Assembly: GCA_010093745.1 (NCBI GenBank)
Contig: MU006003.1
Coordinates: forward strand, 1 to 64,000
Direction of reading: 5' to 3'
DNA: 64,000 bases
Source: Piedraia hortae CBS 480.64
Lineage: Eukaryota
Positions 1-11,885 of the stretch are shown piece after piece. A program made the position numbers and the translations under genes. Under the pieces are notes generated by a model, which worked only from the letters and a program-made list of their open reading frames with translations, was not told where the DNA came from and did not search any database. The number at the start of each line of letters is the position of its first letter. The first letter of the stretch is position 1.

Positions 1-887
1 GCATTCCATGTTTCAAAAGCTGCTTACTCACCCATCTTTTGATCGAAACCGCGCACCGTGGAGTGCTGAATCGAATCAGCAAGGGGGAGTGTTGTGAATA
101 TGCGGTATATTACGCGCATTATTAGTAACCGGCGCTCGGCCCTCGACTTCACGCGTCAACTAGTTTTCCGCAGAGATTTGTATGCAGGTACACATCTGCT
201 CACAATTATAATAGAAATGACACCTACATTCACTATCACATCAGCCTTTAACTGTTGCAATCAACCAGGTTTGTGGTTCCATCCCAGAGCAGATAGGTAT
301 CCCAGAAGCAAGTTTGGGTCAAGCACTCCGCCCTGGAACAATGAGGCGCTCTACACAACTAGTTGTTGTTGCGAAGTATCGGTGCCATACCTCGGCCTGA
401 TAACAAAGACCATACAAAGAAAAATCCTGTATAGCAAAATACTCAAAGAGCATAATAAAGAGGACAGTGGGGCAATGGCGTAATGTTTGAAATTGTTTGA
501 ACAAGCTACTTGTATATAAGCTCACAGCTGATCAACAGAAAAGAATAATTTTGTTGAAAAAACTCAATCTTCAGAACGATTACGCTACGCAATAACTATC
601 TTCCAACACTAGCATGGTTAGCCTTGTGACATTGTATTCACCATTCTCCAGGCAATCTAGCCTTCGAGTTCTTCCATCGTAGTAGTATGAACTTCGAATT
701 TCAACAGCGGACTCGTGGATCAAAAGTCAAAAGCTTGAAGTAATTAGCACAGTCGGAAAGTTGGTTCAAATAGTCATTTGTAGCATCCATTGCCGATCCC
801 GTCCATGTTAACAATATCGCTACAGACTATTGATACATATACACTGAAACACCCAGGTACACAAACAACCATCATCCACACAGAACA

Positions 888-3689
888 TCACCTCCCGTCC
901 TCTTCTAACACCCTACCTGCCATCTTAACCGCCTCCTCTGGCAACCCCGCCAGCCTTGCGACCTTAAGCGCATGACTTTGTCTATTAACCCCCCTCCGCA
1001 ATCTATGCACATAGACCCAGCCCCCCTCCCTCTCCTGCAAATCCGTACACCAAAACTCCACCCCCCCCTCAGGCAGAAACCTCCTAACCAGGGTTTCAAC
1101 CCCATGAAAATGTGTCGCAAACAGGACTCTCGCCCGATTAACCTCATGCAGATAACGCAAACACGCAAATGCGATCGCGAGCCCATCCTCAGGCGTTGTC
1201 CCCCTCCCAACCTCATCCATGATGACAAAGCTCCTTCGGGTCGCGTTTTTGAGTATGGATGCCGTTTCGAGCATTTCGACCATGAAGGTTGATTGGTCGC
1301 GGTGGAGGCTATCTGATGAACCGACGCGGCTAAAAATTTTGTCGACGAGGCCGATTCGGGCAAAGTCACAGGGGAGGAAGAGGCCCGTTTGGGCGAGGAT
1401 GGTGAGAAGCGCGTTTTGGCGGAGATAGGTGCTTTTTCCGGCCATGTTAGGGCCGGTTATGAGGTAGATTTTATTTGGGGAGCCGACGTTGCAGTCGTTC
1501 GGGGTGAATTGGCGGCCGGAGGATATGAGGTTGAGGGTTACGGTTGGATGGCGCCCGTTGATGATTTGGTGGGTTGTGCTGTTGTCGAGGATGGGACGGG
1601 TGAGGTTTTGTTCTCGGGCGAGGGTTGCGGAGGAGGTGGCGACGTCGAGTTCGTCGAGGATGGAGGCATTGCGGCGGAGGGTGGGGAGGTTGGTGAGAAT
1701 ACGGGTTCGGAAGGTTTCGAAGATGGAGTCTTCTGCTGCGCGGATAAGGAGCTTGGCGCTGTCGATTTGACTGCCTAGCTGGGTCCAGGAGGTTATGTAG
1801 AAGCTTAGGGTGGATTTGGTGGAGCCAATGGATCGGACGCCCGAAAGGCTAGATAGGCGGCCTTTGGTGTCTTTGCCTTTGATGTGACAGAAGTGGCCTA
1901 GCTGGCCGCTCCATTTCAATGTCAGGGTTTCTGTGCCTAGGGCTTTGCGTAGGGAGTGAGATAGGGTATCTTTGGAGATGAGAAGTTTGTCGACTTGATC
2001 ATGGGCTTGTTTGAGGGTGGGAGATGCATCTCTTCGCATGATCCAGACTCCATTCAAAGCACTGTCTGGTACAGGTCTGGTATTTGTTGTCTTTCGAGGT
2101 GGTTTGACCATCTCTGATTCTTCCCCTTCTGAGCTTTCGATCTCAGCTACCAGACTTTGATTCAGACCATCGACATCTATAGCCTTTTGAATGTCCCGTG
2201 CCAGTTTAGATGGACCCTCCATATCAAGCCGACTGACGGCAGCAAGCGTAGCAGCAGTTCCATCACCACTCCCGCGAACAACATCGGTGATCTCGGTCAT
2301 CACATCAATCGACTTTGCCAACGCCAAAAGGTCGTCAGCGTCACCTCTGCCGACAGAAAACTTTTGCAGCAGACGTCTTATGTCTGCCGTTCGACGAAGG
2401 AGCGCCCTGATATCCTCACGCATGGCATCATTTTCTTTGAATTCCTGCACGAGATCTAGCCGGTTGTTAATGACTGAAAATGACATGGACGGGGCGACTA
2501 GACGCTGATCCAGTAGCCTCGCGCCGCTCTTGGTTACGGTGCGCCGCACGGCATGCAGAAGACTGCCCTGGAAAGTTCCGTCTCGTAGGGTACTTCGAAC
2601 CTCAAGCCCACGAAGACTGTGGCTGTCAATCGTCATGGCATCGATGTTTGAGCGTCTGATGGGCGCCTGCAACTTGATCGGGGCATCAATGAGCCTGTCA
2701 CGGGAATATTCCAGGACAAGATGGCCAGCTGCTACTTCAGCTTCCTTGAATGTGGCAGCCTCAGTGGCAGTGACGGCACGTTCGAGCGTCGGCGTCCATT
2801 CTGCTACAGGCTTGAGTGGCTGTGTCAATGTGTGAAAATGCAAATGATGCGATCCCTCGCCAAGAAGCCGCTGCATGCCGTCTTGGGAAAGGTCCTTGAA
2901 GCGGGAGTCCAGAACGACTTCGCTAGGACTCACACGGGCTAATAACGACGGAATCGAGCCAAGATTGCATGTTTGAGTGTAAAAATCACCGCTCGACAGA
3001 TCAACCCAGCTGATGCCGGCTTCATCGTCTTCATTGCAGGAGTTCTGTTCAAACCTGGAAAGAACAGCTGTATCCAGATGGATAGCCATGAGAAAGTTGT
3101 GCTCGCTGGGATCGATAAAGGTCTCATCAATCAGCGTTCCAGCCGTAACGATGCGAGTTACTTTGCGATCGTACATTGGGCCACCAGCTTCATCTTTGTC
3201 TGTATTGGGCAATCGGAACTGCTCGGCGATGGCAACTGGTTGCCCGAGATCCCGAACAAACATCTTCAGATAACGATCTAGCTGCGTGTGCTGGAAACCC
3301 GCCATGGGGACATCGCCCAAGGCTGTGGTGCGTTTGGCCTGCTTGAGGTTGACCAAAGGAGCGAATTTCGGGACTTGGTCAAAGTACATCTCGTAGAAAT
3401 CTCCCACTCGCGTGAGAACGACGCAGTCTTGATATTTGCGGACATTATTGAGGTGTTGCTGTAGGACCGTTGGATAAGTTTTGGCCTCAGCTGCGTCTAC
3501 TGGTTGCAATGGTGCAAGGGCGCCAAGCGGAAGGCTGCTCGCCTTGAGAACTGTCCTTCTCTTTGCGCCTCTGCTGAAGAATAGAAATGGCCCAGTTGCC
3601 AGCGATGGGCTGAGTTGTCTATTGAACAGTGGGTTGAAGAGACTTGATCGATTACAGGCTGCAAAGTGACAACCTCTTCGAATGCACAT
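888..3689 (-). CDS. MSH1: Mitochondrial MutS homolog (DNA mismatch repair)
   Basis: 933-aa ORF with MutS domain I (RVGDFYEMY), Walker A GPNMAGKST, STFMVEM, MDEVGRGT and FATHF. The basic N-terminus resembles a mitochondrial presequence. Confidence 0.9.
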   Translation of the reverse strand: MCIRRGCHFAACNRSSLFNPLFNRQLSPSLATGPFLFFSRGAKRRTVLKASSLPLGALAPLQPVDAAEAKTYPTVLQQHLNNVRKYQDCVVLTRVGDFYEMYFDQVPKFAPLVNLKQAKRTTALGDVPMAGFQHTQLDRYLKMFVRDLGQPVAIAEQFRLPNTDKDEAGGPMYDRKVTRIVTAGTLIDETFIDPSEHNFLMAIHLDTAVLSRFEQNSCNEDDEAGISWVDLSSGDFYTQTCNLGSIPSLLARVSPSEVVLDSRFKDLSQDGMQRLLGEGSHHLHFHTLTQPLKPVAEWTPTLERAVTATEAATFKEAEVAAGHLVLEYSRDRLIDAPIKLQAPIRRSNIDAMTIDSHSLRGLEVRSTLRDGTFQGSLLHAVRRTVTKSGARLLDQRLVAPSMSFSVINNRLDLVQEFKENDAMREDIRALLRRTADIRRLLQKFSVGRGDADDLLALAKSIDVMTEITDVVRGSGDGTAATLAAVSRLDMEGPSKLARDIQKAIDVDGLNQSLVAEIESSEGEESEMVKPPRKTTNTRPVPDSALNGVWIMRRDASPTLKQAHDQVDKLLISKDTLSHSLRKALGTETLTLKWSGQLGHFCHIKGKDTKGRLSSLSGVRSIGSTKSTLSFYITSWTQLGSQIDSAKLLIRAAEDSIFETFRTRILTNLPTLRRNASILDELDVATSSATLAREQNLTRPILDNSTTHQIINGRHPTVTLNLISSGRQFTPNDCNVGSPNKIYLITGPNMAGKSTYLRQNALLTILAQTGLFLPCDFARIGLVDKIFSRVGSSDSLHRDQSTFMVEMLETASILKNATRRSFVIMDEVGRGTTPEDGLAIAFACLRYLHEVNRARVLFATHFHGVETLVRRFLPEGGVEFWCTDLQEREGGWVYVHRLRRGVNRQSHALKVARLAGLPEEAVKMAGRVLEEDGR

Positions 3690-3738
3690 GGGGGCTCTAA
3701 TATGACATTAATGCGATAAATGAGCGACTGGAAATGCC

Positions 3739-3768
3739 AAATGCAGAGACTGTAAATGCAGAGACTGT
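3739..3768. repeat. 15-bp perfect tandem duplication (AAATGCAGAGACTGT x2) in the ~150-bp divergent MSH1/HEM12 promoter
   Basis: Seen directly in the sequence. Confidence 0.8.
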
Positions 3769-3837
3769 TGATACAGTGTCGGTGACGCTAACCCTTTGCC
3801 ACTGTGAACAACAAGGCGAAAACACAGAGGTACAATC

Positions 3838-4983
3838 ATGTCCGCCTTTGAGCCGTTGCAGAATGACCTTCTTTTGCGCACTGCTAAAGGTCTCAAGGTG
3901 GAACGTCCGCCCTGTTGGGTCATGCGACAGGCGGGTCGCTATCTGCCCGAATACCACAAGGCAAAGGGCAACCGAGATTTCTTCGAATGTTGTCGCGATC
4001 CAGAAATCGCTTCGACATTGACGCTTCAGCCGGTTGAGCGGTTTGAAGGCCTTATAGATGCAGCCATTATATTTAGTGACATTCTTGTCATTCCACAGGC
4101 AATGGGCATGGATGTGGTCATGCTTGAGGGCAAAGGCCCCCATTTTCCCCATCCATTAACTGATCCCGACGATGAGCAGTACCGAGATATCATGAAAAGA
4201 GAGGTTGATGTCAAGCTGAAGCTGGACTATGTCTACAAGGCAATCACTTTGACGCGCCAAAAGCTCAAAGGACGAGTTCCCTTATTCGGCTTCACGGGTG
4301 CACCGTTCACGCTACTCTGCTACATGGTCGAAGGCGGAGGATCCAAGATCTTCAAGCAGACAAAGACTTGGGTGTTCAAGTATCCGGCTGAAAGTAAGAA
4401 ACTGCTGCAGAAAATTGCAGAACTGTGCGTAGAGTATTTGGCACAACAAGTTGTGGCCGGAGCGCAAATTGTTCAAGTCTTCGATTCATGGGCATCGGAG
4501 CTGAGCCCGGCGTCCTTTCGAGAGTTTGGACTGCCATACTTGACTTATATTTGCAATCACTTGCCCAAACGATTGCAAGAGCTGGGCCAGGAAACTGTGC
4601 CCATGGTGGTCTTTGCAAAAGGAGCGTGGTATGCTCTTGAAGAGCTTTGTCAAACAAACTACGATGTGATTGGCCTAGACTGGTTGCAGGAGCCTAAGCA
4701 GGCCTACGCAGTTGCCCAAAAGTACCGCAAAGTAGTCCAAGGCAATGCCGACCCTGGAGTATTATACGGCATCCACGAGTCTATTACCAAAGTAGTCACC
4801 GAAATGGTGAATGGGTTCGGCGGCGGCAAGCAAGGATGGATCGCGAATCTCGGCCACGGTCAGCTGCGTCTGCTGCGGAGATAACTATCAGCTAACAGAC
4901 CCCTAGGTATCACACCATTTGTAAAGCCCGACGATCTGAAGTTCTTTTTCGAGGAGATACACCGCATATCAGGTAGATTGTGA
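3838..4983 (+). CDS. HEM12: Uroporphyrinogen decarboxylase; intron 4859-4906
   Basis: [28 protein letters not shown] and NLGHG|ITP, joined across a GTCAGC...GCTAAC...TAG intron. Confidence 0.95.
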
Positions 4984-5468
4984 TGCCCCCCCTGTGGAGT
5001 CAACCTGGCTGATCGAACTAGGTAGCTATGAAGGCGACTCAAAGGCTTTGAACTCGGGTTACAGTGCAGCTGAGAAAGAGATGCACAAAAGAAACTTGTT
5101 ACATAGCGATTGGTAGATATGAACAACGGCCTTTCAACAATCCTCGGTGAAGCATCTGATCCTGACCGGACAATGTGACGAATGTGATGCCCCGAGCGGC
5201 TTGGCATTGCTGAGTCAGCACGCGGAGGGAAGTGGGTCTCTCCTGGTAGGACGTCATCAACATCCGTCGCGGTCGCACACATTGTTGTCAGTGCAAATCC
5301 TGAACTGCACGCCGCTCAGAGATTGACCGACACTTTACGCTTTCTCTGGCGCAGTAAGGAACAAGTTTGCTCCGGGTGCGCACATGCGCTAATCATTTGC
5401 AGGAGCGCAGAACTCTTTGCAACATTGTTTGGTTTCAGGACGAAGAGAAAAGAAGCTTCAATCAGGCC

Positions 5469-8400
5469 ATGGCACATCGCGGATGGCAAGCCATGGGCGG
5501 AGCATCAGGAAACCAGGCGGATTCGTGTCGATCGAGGACTGGAGGCCCGCCGGGACCGCCGCCGTTCGGCTACCGCAGCCCAGAGAACGCCCGAAGGGGC
5601 CCAGCAGCTGCTGATGAGGTGGCAGTGAGCAGCTCTGCACCGCACATTACTGCACAGACACCGCCTCAGGATCCGGCAGCTCCGTCATATCCTTTCCAGC
5701 CAGCGCAACACGGTCTTGCCCACCTCGCCGGCGTCAGCCATCCATCACCACAACAAGGACCCAACGCACAACGTCCTGAACCGCATCAGCAACCTCCCCC
5801 ACCTCCGCAGGGTTTGGCATTTCCAGGCATACCCCAGTCCGGCGGTCCAGCCACGCGCGAATTGGAGTTGCAGAAAGAAGAGGAAGAACGGCGTCGAATG
5901 GAGCAGGCGCAGCACGGAGGGCCTTTGCTGCATCAGCCAGTCGCAGTCGGACCTCCTCGCGCCCACGCGCCCAACGGAATCCTCAACTCTGGCGTCGCAC
6001 CACACGCGCGACCACCGGTGCCGCTCACAAGCGGCTTCACGAGCGGGCCAGTACAGGCACCCGGGCAGCTAATGGCGTACGGGCCTCCGATGGCTCCAGG
6101 CGGCAGCCAGCAGCCTATTCTGAACGATGCGCTGAGTTACTTGGACCAAGTCAAGGTGCAGTTTGCCGATCATCCAGACGTGTACAACCAATTCCTGGAC
6201 ATCATGAAGGACTTCAAGTCCGGCTCCATTGACACGCCGGGCGTCATTGGCCGTGTCTCGGCGCTTTTTGCGGGTAATCCGGCGTTGATCCAGGGCTTTA
6301 ACACCTTCCTGCCGCCCGGGTATCGCATCGAGTGCGGCACCGGCGACGACCCGAACTCGATACGTGTGACGACTCCTATGGGCACCACGGTAGCTGCCAT
6401 GCCGCAGCCGAGGCCACTGAGTCGCCAGGACGGCCGTATGCTGACGCCGCCCGCCGGTGGGCCACATTTTCTCGCATTCAGTCCCAGCTTGCGGCCCGGG
6501 CCCGGCGTGCCCGTAACTTCCAATCCACAGGGCTTCAACGCTCTCGACGCCGCCCGACAGGAGCAGCAGGCTCAGGAGCAGCGCAATGCCCTGGCCGCGG
6601 CATCGGCTGGAGCGGGAGCGGCGACGGGCATCTCTCCGCGGGCAGGGGCGGCGGGAACCTCCCCGCGTGCGGCGACTCCGAATGCCCAGGCTGGAGATGG
6701 CGGGGCAGACGGAATGGGGGCCGGTGACAGGCGCGGGCCGGTCGAATTCAACCACGCCATCAGCTACGTGAACAAAATCAAAAACCGATTTTCCACGCAG
6801 CCAGACATTTACAAGCAGTTTCTTGAGATTCTGCAAGTTTATCAGCGAGAATCAAAGCCGATTCAGGACGTTTACGGCCAAGTTACTGATTTATTCAAGA
6901 CGGCGCCTGACCTTTTGGACGACTTCAAGCAGTTCCTTCCCGAATCGGCAGCAGCGGCCCGGGAAGCCGAACACAAGGGCGACATGATCCCCATATCACA
7001 TATGCGCGGCGACGTCTCGTTCCACAGCCCCATGGTGCGCGAGGCCCATCTTGGCACCCCAAGCAACAGTCGTGGAGCTGACTTGCCGCCCGTGGGCAAC
7101 TTTGCGCCAACGTCAACTGGTAAAGACTCCAAGAAACGCAAATCTGAGCGTCAAGCGGCCGCTGAAGGCCCCGGCGGACGCTCAAATCACCCCCAGCCAG
7201 GCAAGCGTCTTAAGCAGACCCAACCGAAACCAGCCAACGATGCACCGCCGCCATCTCCCAGCCTCGTGCCGCCTCTTCCTCGACCGCTGAAGCCGCAGGA
7301 GACGGTGACTCCAACTACGGCTGACATGGCGTTCTTCGACCGAGTCAAGAAGTCGATTGGCTCCAAACACGGCATGGCCGAGTTCCTCAAGCTGTGCAAT
7401 CTCTACAGCCAGGACATCATTGACGCCCAGACTTTGGTGCACCGCGCTCGCTTTTTCATCGGTCACAACGAAGAGCTGCTGAACCATCTGTGCAACCTGG
7501 TTGCCTGCCAGCCAGAGACGGGCCCTCTAGAGCTGAAGCCGCGTGACGCGTTACAAAAGGTCAATCTCTCTCACTGCCGCGCTCTTAGTCCGAGTTACCG
7601 GCTGCTTCCCAAGAGGGAGCGGCTCAAGCTGTGCAGTGGTCGGGATGAACTCTGCAACTCGGTCCTGAACGATGAATGGGCTAGTCATCCAACGTGGGCT
7701 AGCGAAGACAGCGGTTTTGTTGCCCATCGGAAGAACACGTTTGAAGAATCGCTTCACCGTATTGAGGAGGAGCGGCACGATTACGACTTCAACATCGAGG
7801 CATGCAGCCGCACCATCCAGCTGCTCGAGCCTTTTCAGCAACAGCTCGAGAGGATGTCTGAGCAGGACAAGCTAAACTTCCGTTTGCCGCCTCGTCTGGG
7901 TGGGCAGAGCAATGCCATCTACCAGCGCATCATCAAGAAGATATACGGCCCTGAGAGGGGCACCAAAATGATTGAAGAGCTCTACAACTGGCCTTATTCG
8001 GTCATCCCCGTGCTGGTTCATCGCATGAAGGAGCGGCTTGAAACCTGGAAGACTTCCCAGCGCGAGTGGGAAAAAGTGTGGCGGGACCAGACGGAGCGCG
8101 TCTTCTATCGCTCTCTGGACCACCAGGCTGGCTACCACGTCCGCAACGACAAGCGCCTGTTCCAGACCAAGTCGCTGCAGGCCGATATGTCGGTCAAGCT
8201 CGAAGAAATGAAGCGCATGAGCAACCACAATCCGGACATTATGAAGCAGCCACAGATGACGATTCGTGTGGACGACATGGACGTTGTATACGATACTTTG
8301 GTCTTGCTACATCAGTTCAGCGTGCAGAACGTTGAGTCCGATCAACCCAGACTCGGCATGTTCATCAAGGAGTTTGTCACTCTCTTCTTCAATCTCAACA

Positions 8401-9874
8401 GCGATGTCGTGCGCAAGAGGCTGGAACAGCGGAACTCTGGCACACCGGCAGCGGATAACGTAACTGATGAGCTCGCATCTGTTAGTGACGACGGTTCGTC
8501 GAAAGGCCGCAACCGTTCGGGCAACCTGCTGCGCTCGGCCCTTGATCCTGCTCGCGGTAGGCGGACGGCTCGGCGCGAAAGCAACAACGCTTCACGTAGC
8601 CGCGGTAACACCCCGGAGGCGTCGTCAAAAGCTGCCGACGAAGACGTTGCGATGGAAAACGCCGGGAATGAGACGGGAGATAAGCCCTTTCGTCGAACCT
8701 TCCAGCACGTTCCTGCGAAGGATAGCTCAACCGGGAAGAACGTCGAGTCCAACGATGCGCGTGAATCTGGTCGTTTATGGGCGGGCCTGAATTTCTACAC
8801 CTTCTTGCGCGTGTTCCTCATACTGTACGAGCGCCTGCAACGGGTAAAGAACGCAGAGCCAAAGGTGGCTGAGATCATCCGTCGGGCAATGAAGATGAAG
8901 GCCTCAATCAAGCTCGGCATCGCAGACAAGCCCCCGACCGACTTCTTCCCCCACGTAGAGTCGTATCCGAGCGATCCACACTTCTACTATAACCAGCTTC
9001 TGCAAAAACTGGAAGCTGTGAGTCTTGGGGAAGAGGACTTTTCACCCAACGTCGAGGATATTTTGCGACGCTACTATCTACAGACGGGATACTACTTTTA
9101 TGGCTACGATAAGCTGGGCAACGTGGCCTGCAAATATGCCCAGAACGCGGCCAGCGGTGAAGGTAAAGACCGAAGCACCGAAGTATACCAACTATTCAAG
9201 AGATCCAAGACCAGGGACCCCGTGGCTGGATCTCAACGCTTCGACTACAAGAAGGCAGTAGGGAAGCTTGTCAAGGACGGCGAAATTTACCGCATCGACT
9301 GGGTAGGTCTTTTGATGCTGCTATGGGGAGAGTTTCTAACCTCTGATAGGACCCCAATGCTCACGAAGTGCGCTTCTACCTTATCAAAGCCGATGATACT
9401 GATGAAGACCAGCCTGATCAGCTGGATGCCTTCAATGATTGGGCCGTTAACTTCTGTAGCGCTGAGCCCAGCACAGCAGAACTGCCCAACCCTGCCTATC
9501 TCGAGCGTAGCCTGCGTACCCTCAACGCGGCGACTACAGAAGGCAATAGCATGTCGAGGGTGGAAGCTCGCATGCAGAACATTGAGACGCCGGAAAGGCT
9601 GCAAGTCAGAATCACGCTTGGCTACAAGATGTTCTTTGTGCCTGGATCAAGGGAGTATTTCACACAGCCGTGGAAGGAACGCGTGGGGACAAAGGAAGAT
9701 GTGGAACAGGCTGAGCAGGTTAAAAAGTCAAGGGACGAGGAGATGCAGAATGTGATAAATAAACTGGAGGACAACCTCCCCGAAAAGGAGAGGGAAGAAG
9801 GCGATGCTTTTCTGAAGAGCTTCGTCGAGACAGGACCGGTGAGGGACCAGGAGGCTATGGACACGACAGAGTAA
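5469..9874 (+). CDS. SIN3: Sin3 histone deacetylase corepressor scaffold; intron ~9303-9350
   Basis: PAH1 (DALSYLDQVK), PAH2 (VEFNHAISYVNKIK), PAH3 and HID (PSYRLLPK...CSGRDELCNSVLNDEWASHPTWASEDSGF). The C-terminal exon lies in ORF 9368-9874. Confidence 0.92.
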
Positions 9875-9957
9875 TTTCGTACCTTAGGGAGCTTGTAGGA
9901 GTAGAAGTCTTTGACCCAAAATTTTCTTATCGGTGAGCAACGCCAAGGAGGACCTCG

Positions 9958-9998
9958 GCAGCAGCTGCGGCGGCGGCGGCGGCGGCGGAGGCGGCGGC
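9958..9998. repeat. (GCG/GCA)n microsatellite upstream of the mannosyltransferase
   Basis: GCAGCAGCTGCGGCGGCGGCGGCGGCGGCGGAGGCGGCGGC. Confidence 0.8.
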
Positions 9999-10062
9999 TA
10001 AACCTGATTGAGCCACGTATATATGATAACGAGCATTCACTGGCATATGACACGACAGCAAG

Positions 10063-11657
10063 ATGAACTCCATGATTAGGCGACCGCTGATTCGGTGGGC
10101 GCTGGTCGCGTCGGTGGTGATCTTGCTGGTAACTTGGCACGTCAATACATCAGGGACCATCCATGCGCCAGAATGGCTCCCGCAGACGATGCGCCTCGGC
10201 AAGCACGAGTACCAGACGGCCGACGACTACCTAGCCGACTTTGGGCCCATCCTGCAAGAGAATCCGATGACGGTGCGGCAGACCAAGCAAGCCTGCAACT
10301 TTAATCCAGAGGATGACATCGATTTCCAGTTCGACAAGGGCGCTGATTGGGTCGTGCAAGACCGCAGCGATCAGGAAATCGCATTGAAGCAAGCTGCATG
10401 GCACGATTTCATGCGTCATCACCTTATCCCCTTTGAACGAGTCAAGAACCGGTTCAGTGGGAGGGGTATCGTCGTCTGCGCGGGCAACGAGCGGTCGCTT
10501 CTACGACTATGGGTGCTCTTGCGCATGTTGAACCAAGTGCGCACATCGCTACCAGTGGAAGTCCACTACTACGGCGACGAAGAGCTCTCTCCCAAGAACC
10601 GCACCGACCTATCAGCCGAATACAAAAACCTCTACTTCAGCGACCTCTCTGGCCCCAATGCCTTTCTCAAAACCGGCCACGAAAACTTCTGGATCAACTA
10701 CAACGTAAAGCTCGCCTCCCTCCTCAACTCCCGCTTCGCAGAACCCCTCCTCCTCGACTCAGACAATACCGTCGTCTCTGACCCCGAAACCCTCTACAAC
10801 TCAGCCACCTACCTCGACTACGGCACAGTCTTCTACCCCGACATCTCGCGCACCCGCCCCGAAAATCCCATGTGGGCGATCACCAACACACCGTGTCGCA
10901 CAGACGAATACGAGATGGAATCAGGCCAACTACTCATCAACAAGGTCCGTTTCTGGTACCACCTCCAACTCGCCGCCCATTTCGGCCACGACAAGTACTA
11001 CCAAGACTTCCTCCTCGGCGACAAAGACTGTTTTCGCTTTGCCTGGCACGCATTACGCACGCCATTTGGCCAGCCCGACCGCTGGCTCACTAGTATCGGA
11101 TTCGTAGCCAGACCGCAACGTTTTCCGAAATTCCCTAACCCAGAGGGGGAGATGATAGCAGAGGTTGACCTCCACGGGAATGAGTTCCAGGGTGGGAGGA
11201 ATAGTTATTACTGTGGACACTCGTTTGGACAGCATTATCCCGATGGGGCGAATGCGTCGGTTTTGTTTGTTCATGGGGGGTTGGTGAAGACGCTTAGCCA
11301 GGAGGAGATTACACATGTGAGGAGTCAGGCAGGGAGACTGTTTGCCGCGTATAAGAGTAGTGAGAGAGCGAATTTGGTGAGTTTTTTCTGCCCCTTTGGG
11401 GAGGGTGTTTCCGCTGATGATGATAGATTGGGAGGGAGGTTGAGTCGGTGCATATTAAATGGAATCCGGCGGGAGAGTTGGGGTTTCATTCAGCGTGTAC
11501 GGATTTGGGGAGGGTCGTGCCGAGGTTGTTGGGGGATGAGGGTACACCGGAGATGGTGGGATTTGAGAAGAGGTTTGAGGATGCGGGGGGGTTTTGGATG
11601 TTGAATGCTTCGCTGTGGAATGCGAAGGAAGTTACACCGCCGAATCTTGGGGGTTGA
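10063..11657 (+). CDS. Golgi alpha-mannosyltransferase, GT71 (MNN2/MNN5-like); intron 11377-11426
   Basis: N-terminal TM anchor, GRGIVVCAG, LLLDSDN (DxD), ESGQLL and GDKDCFRFAW. Splicing GTGAGT...CTGAT..TAG joins ORF 11448-11657 in frame. Confidence 0.85.
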
Positions 11658-11679
11658 ATTTGGGTGGTGGGAGGTAGAA

Positions 11680-11748
11680 TGGTAATGGTAATGAGGTTGG
11701 GATGAGGATGGAGATGGAGATGGAATTGGAATTGGAATTGGAATTGGG
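11680..11748. repeat. Hexamer microsatellite (GGTAAT/GGATGA/GGAATT)n
   Basis: Seen directly in the sequence. Confidence 0.75.
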
Positions 11749-11885
11749 GTTCCTGTGGGATATCTGGATGTTGGTGGTGTGGTTTACAGTACGGATAGCT
11801 GGTTCACTGTGTAATGATTTGATCTTTCGAAACAGATTGACTCTCAAGAAGAATGGTGGCAGAAGGGCGCTGATGGCTGGATGGA

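Noticed and set aside
1..800. AT-richer stretch with hydrophobic minus-strand fragments (possible transporter relic)
   Set aside because: No recognisable motif and many stops; a call cannot be supported.
5367..5468. N-terminal extensions in the ORF track (also MDE1 from 19168, MutL from 23518, Scm3 from 39518, polo kinase from 22400)
   Set aside because: They start at TTG/GTG; the first in-frame ATG was used instead.
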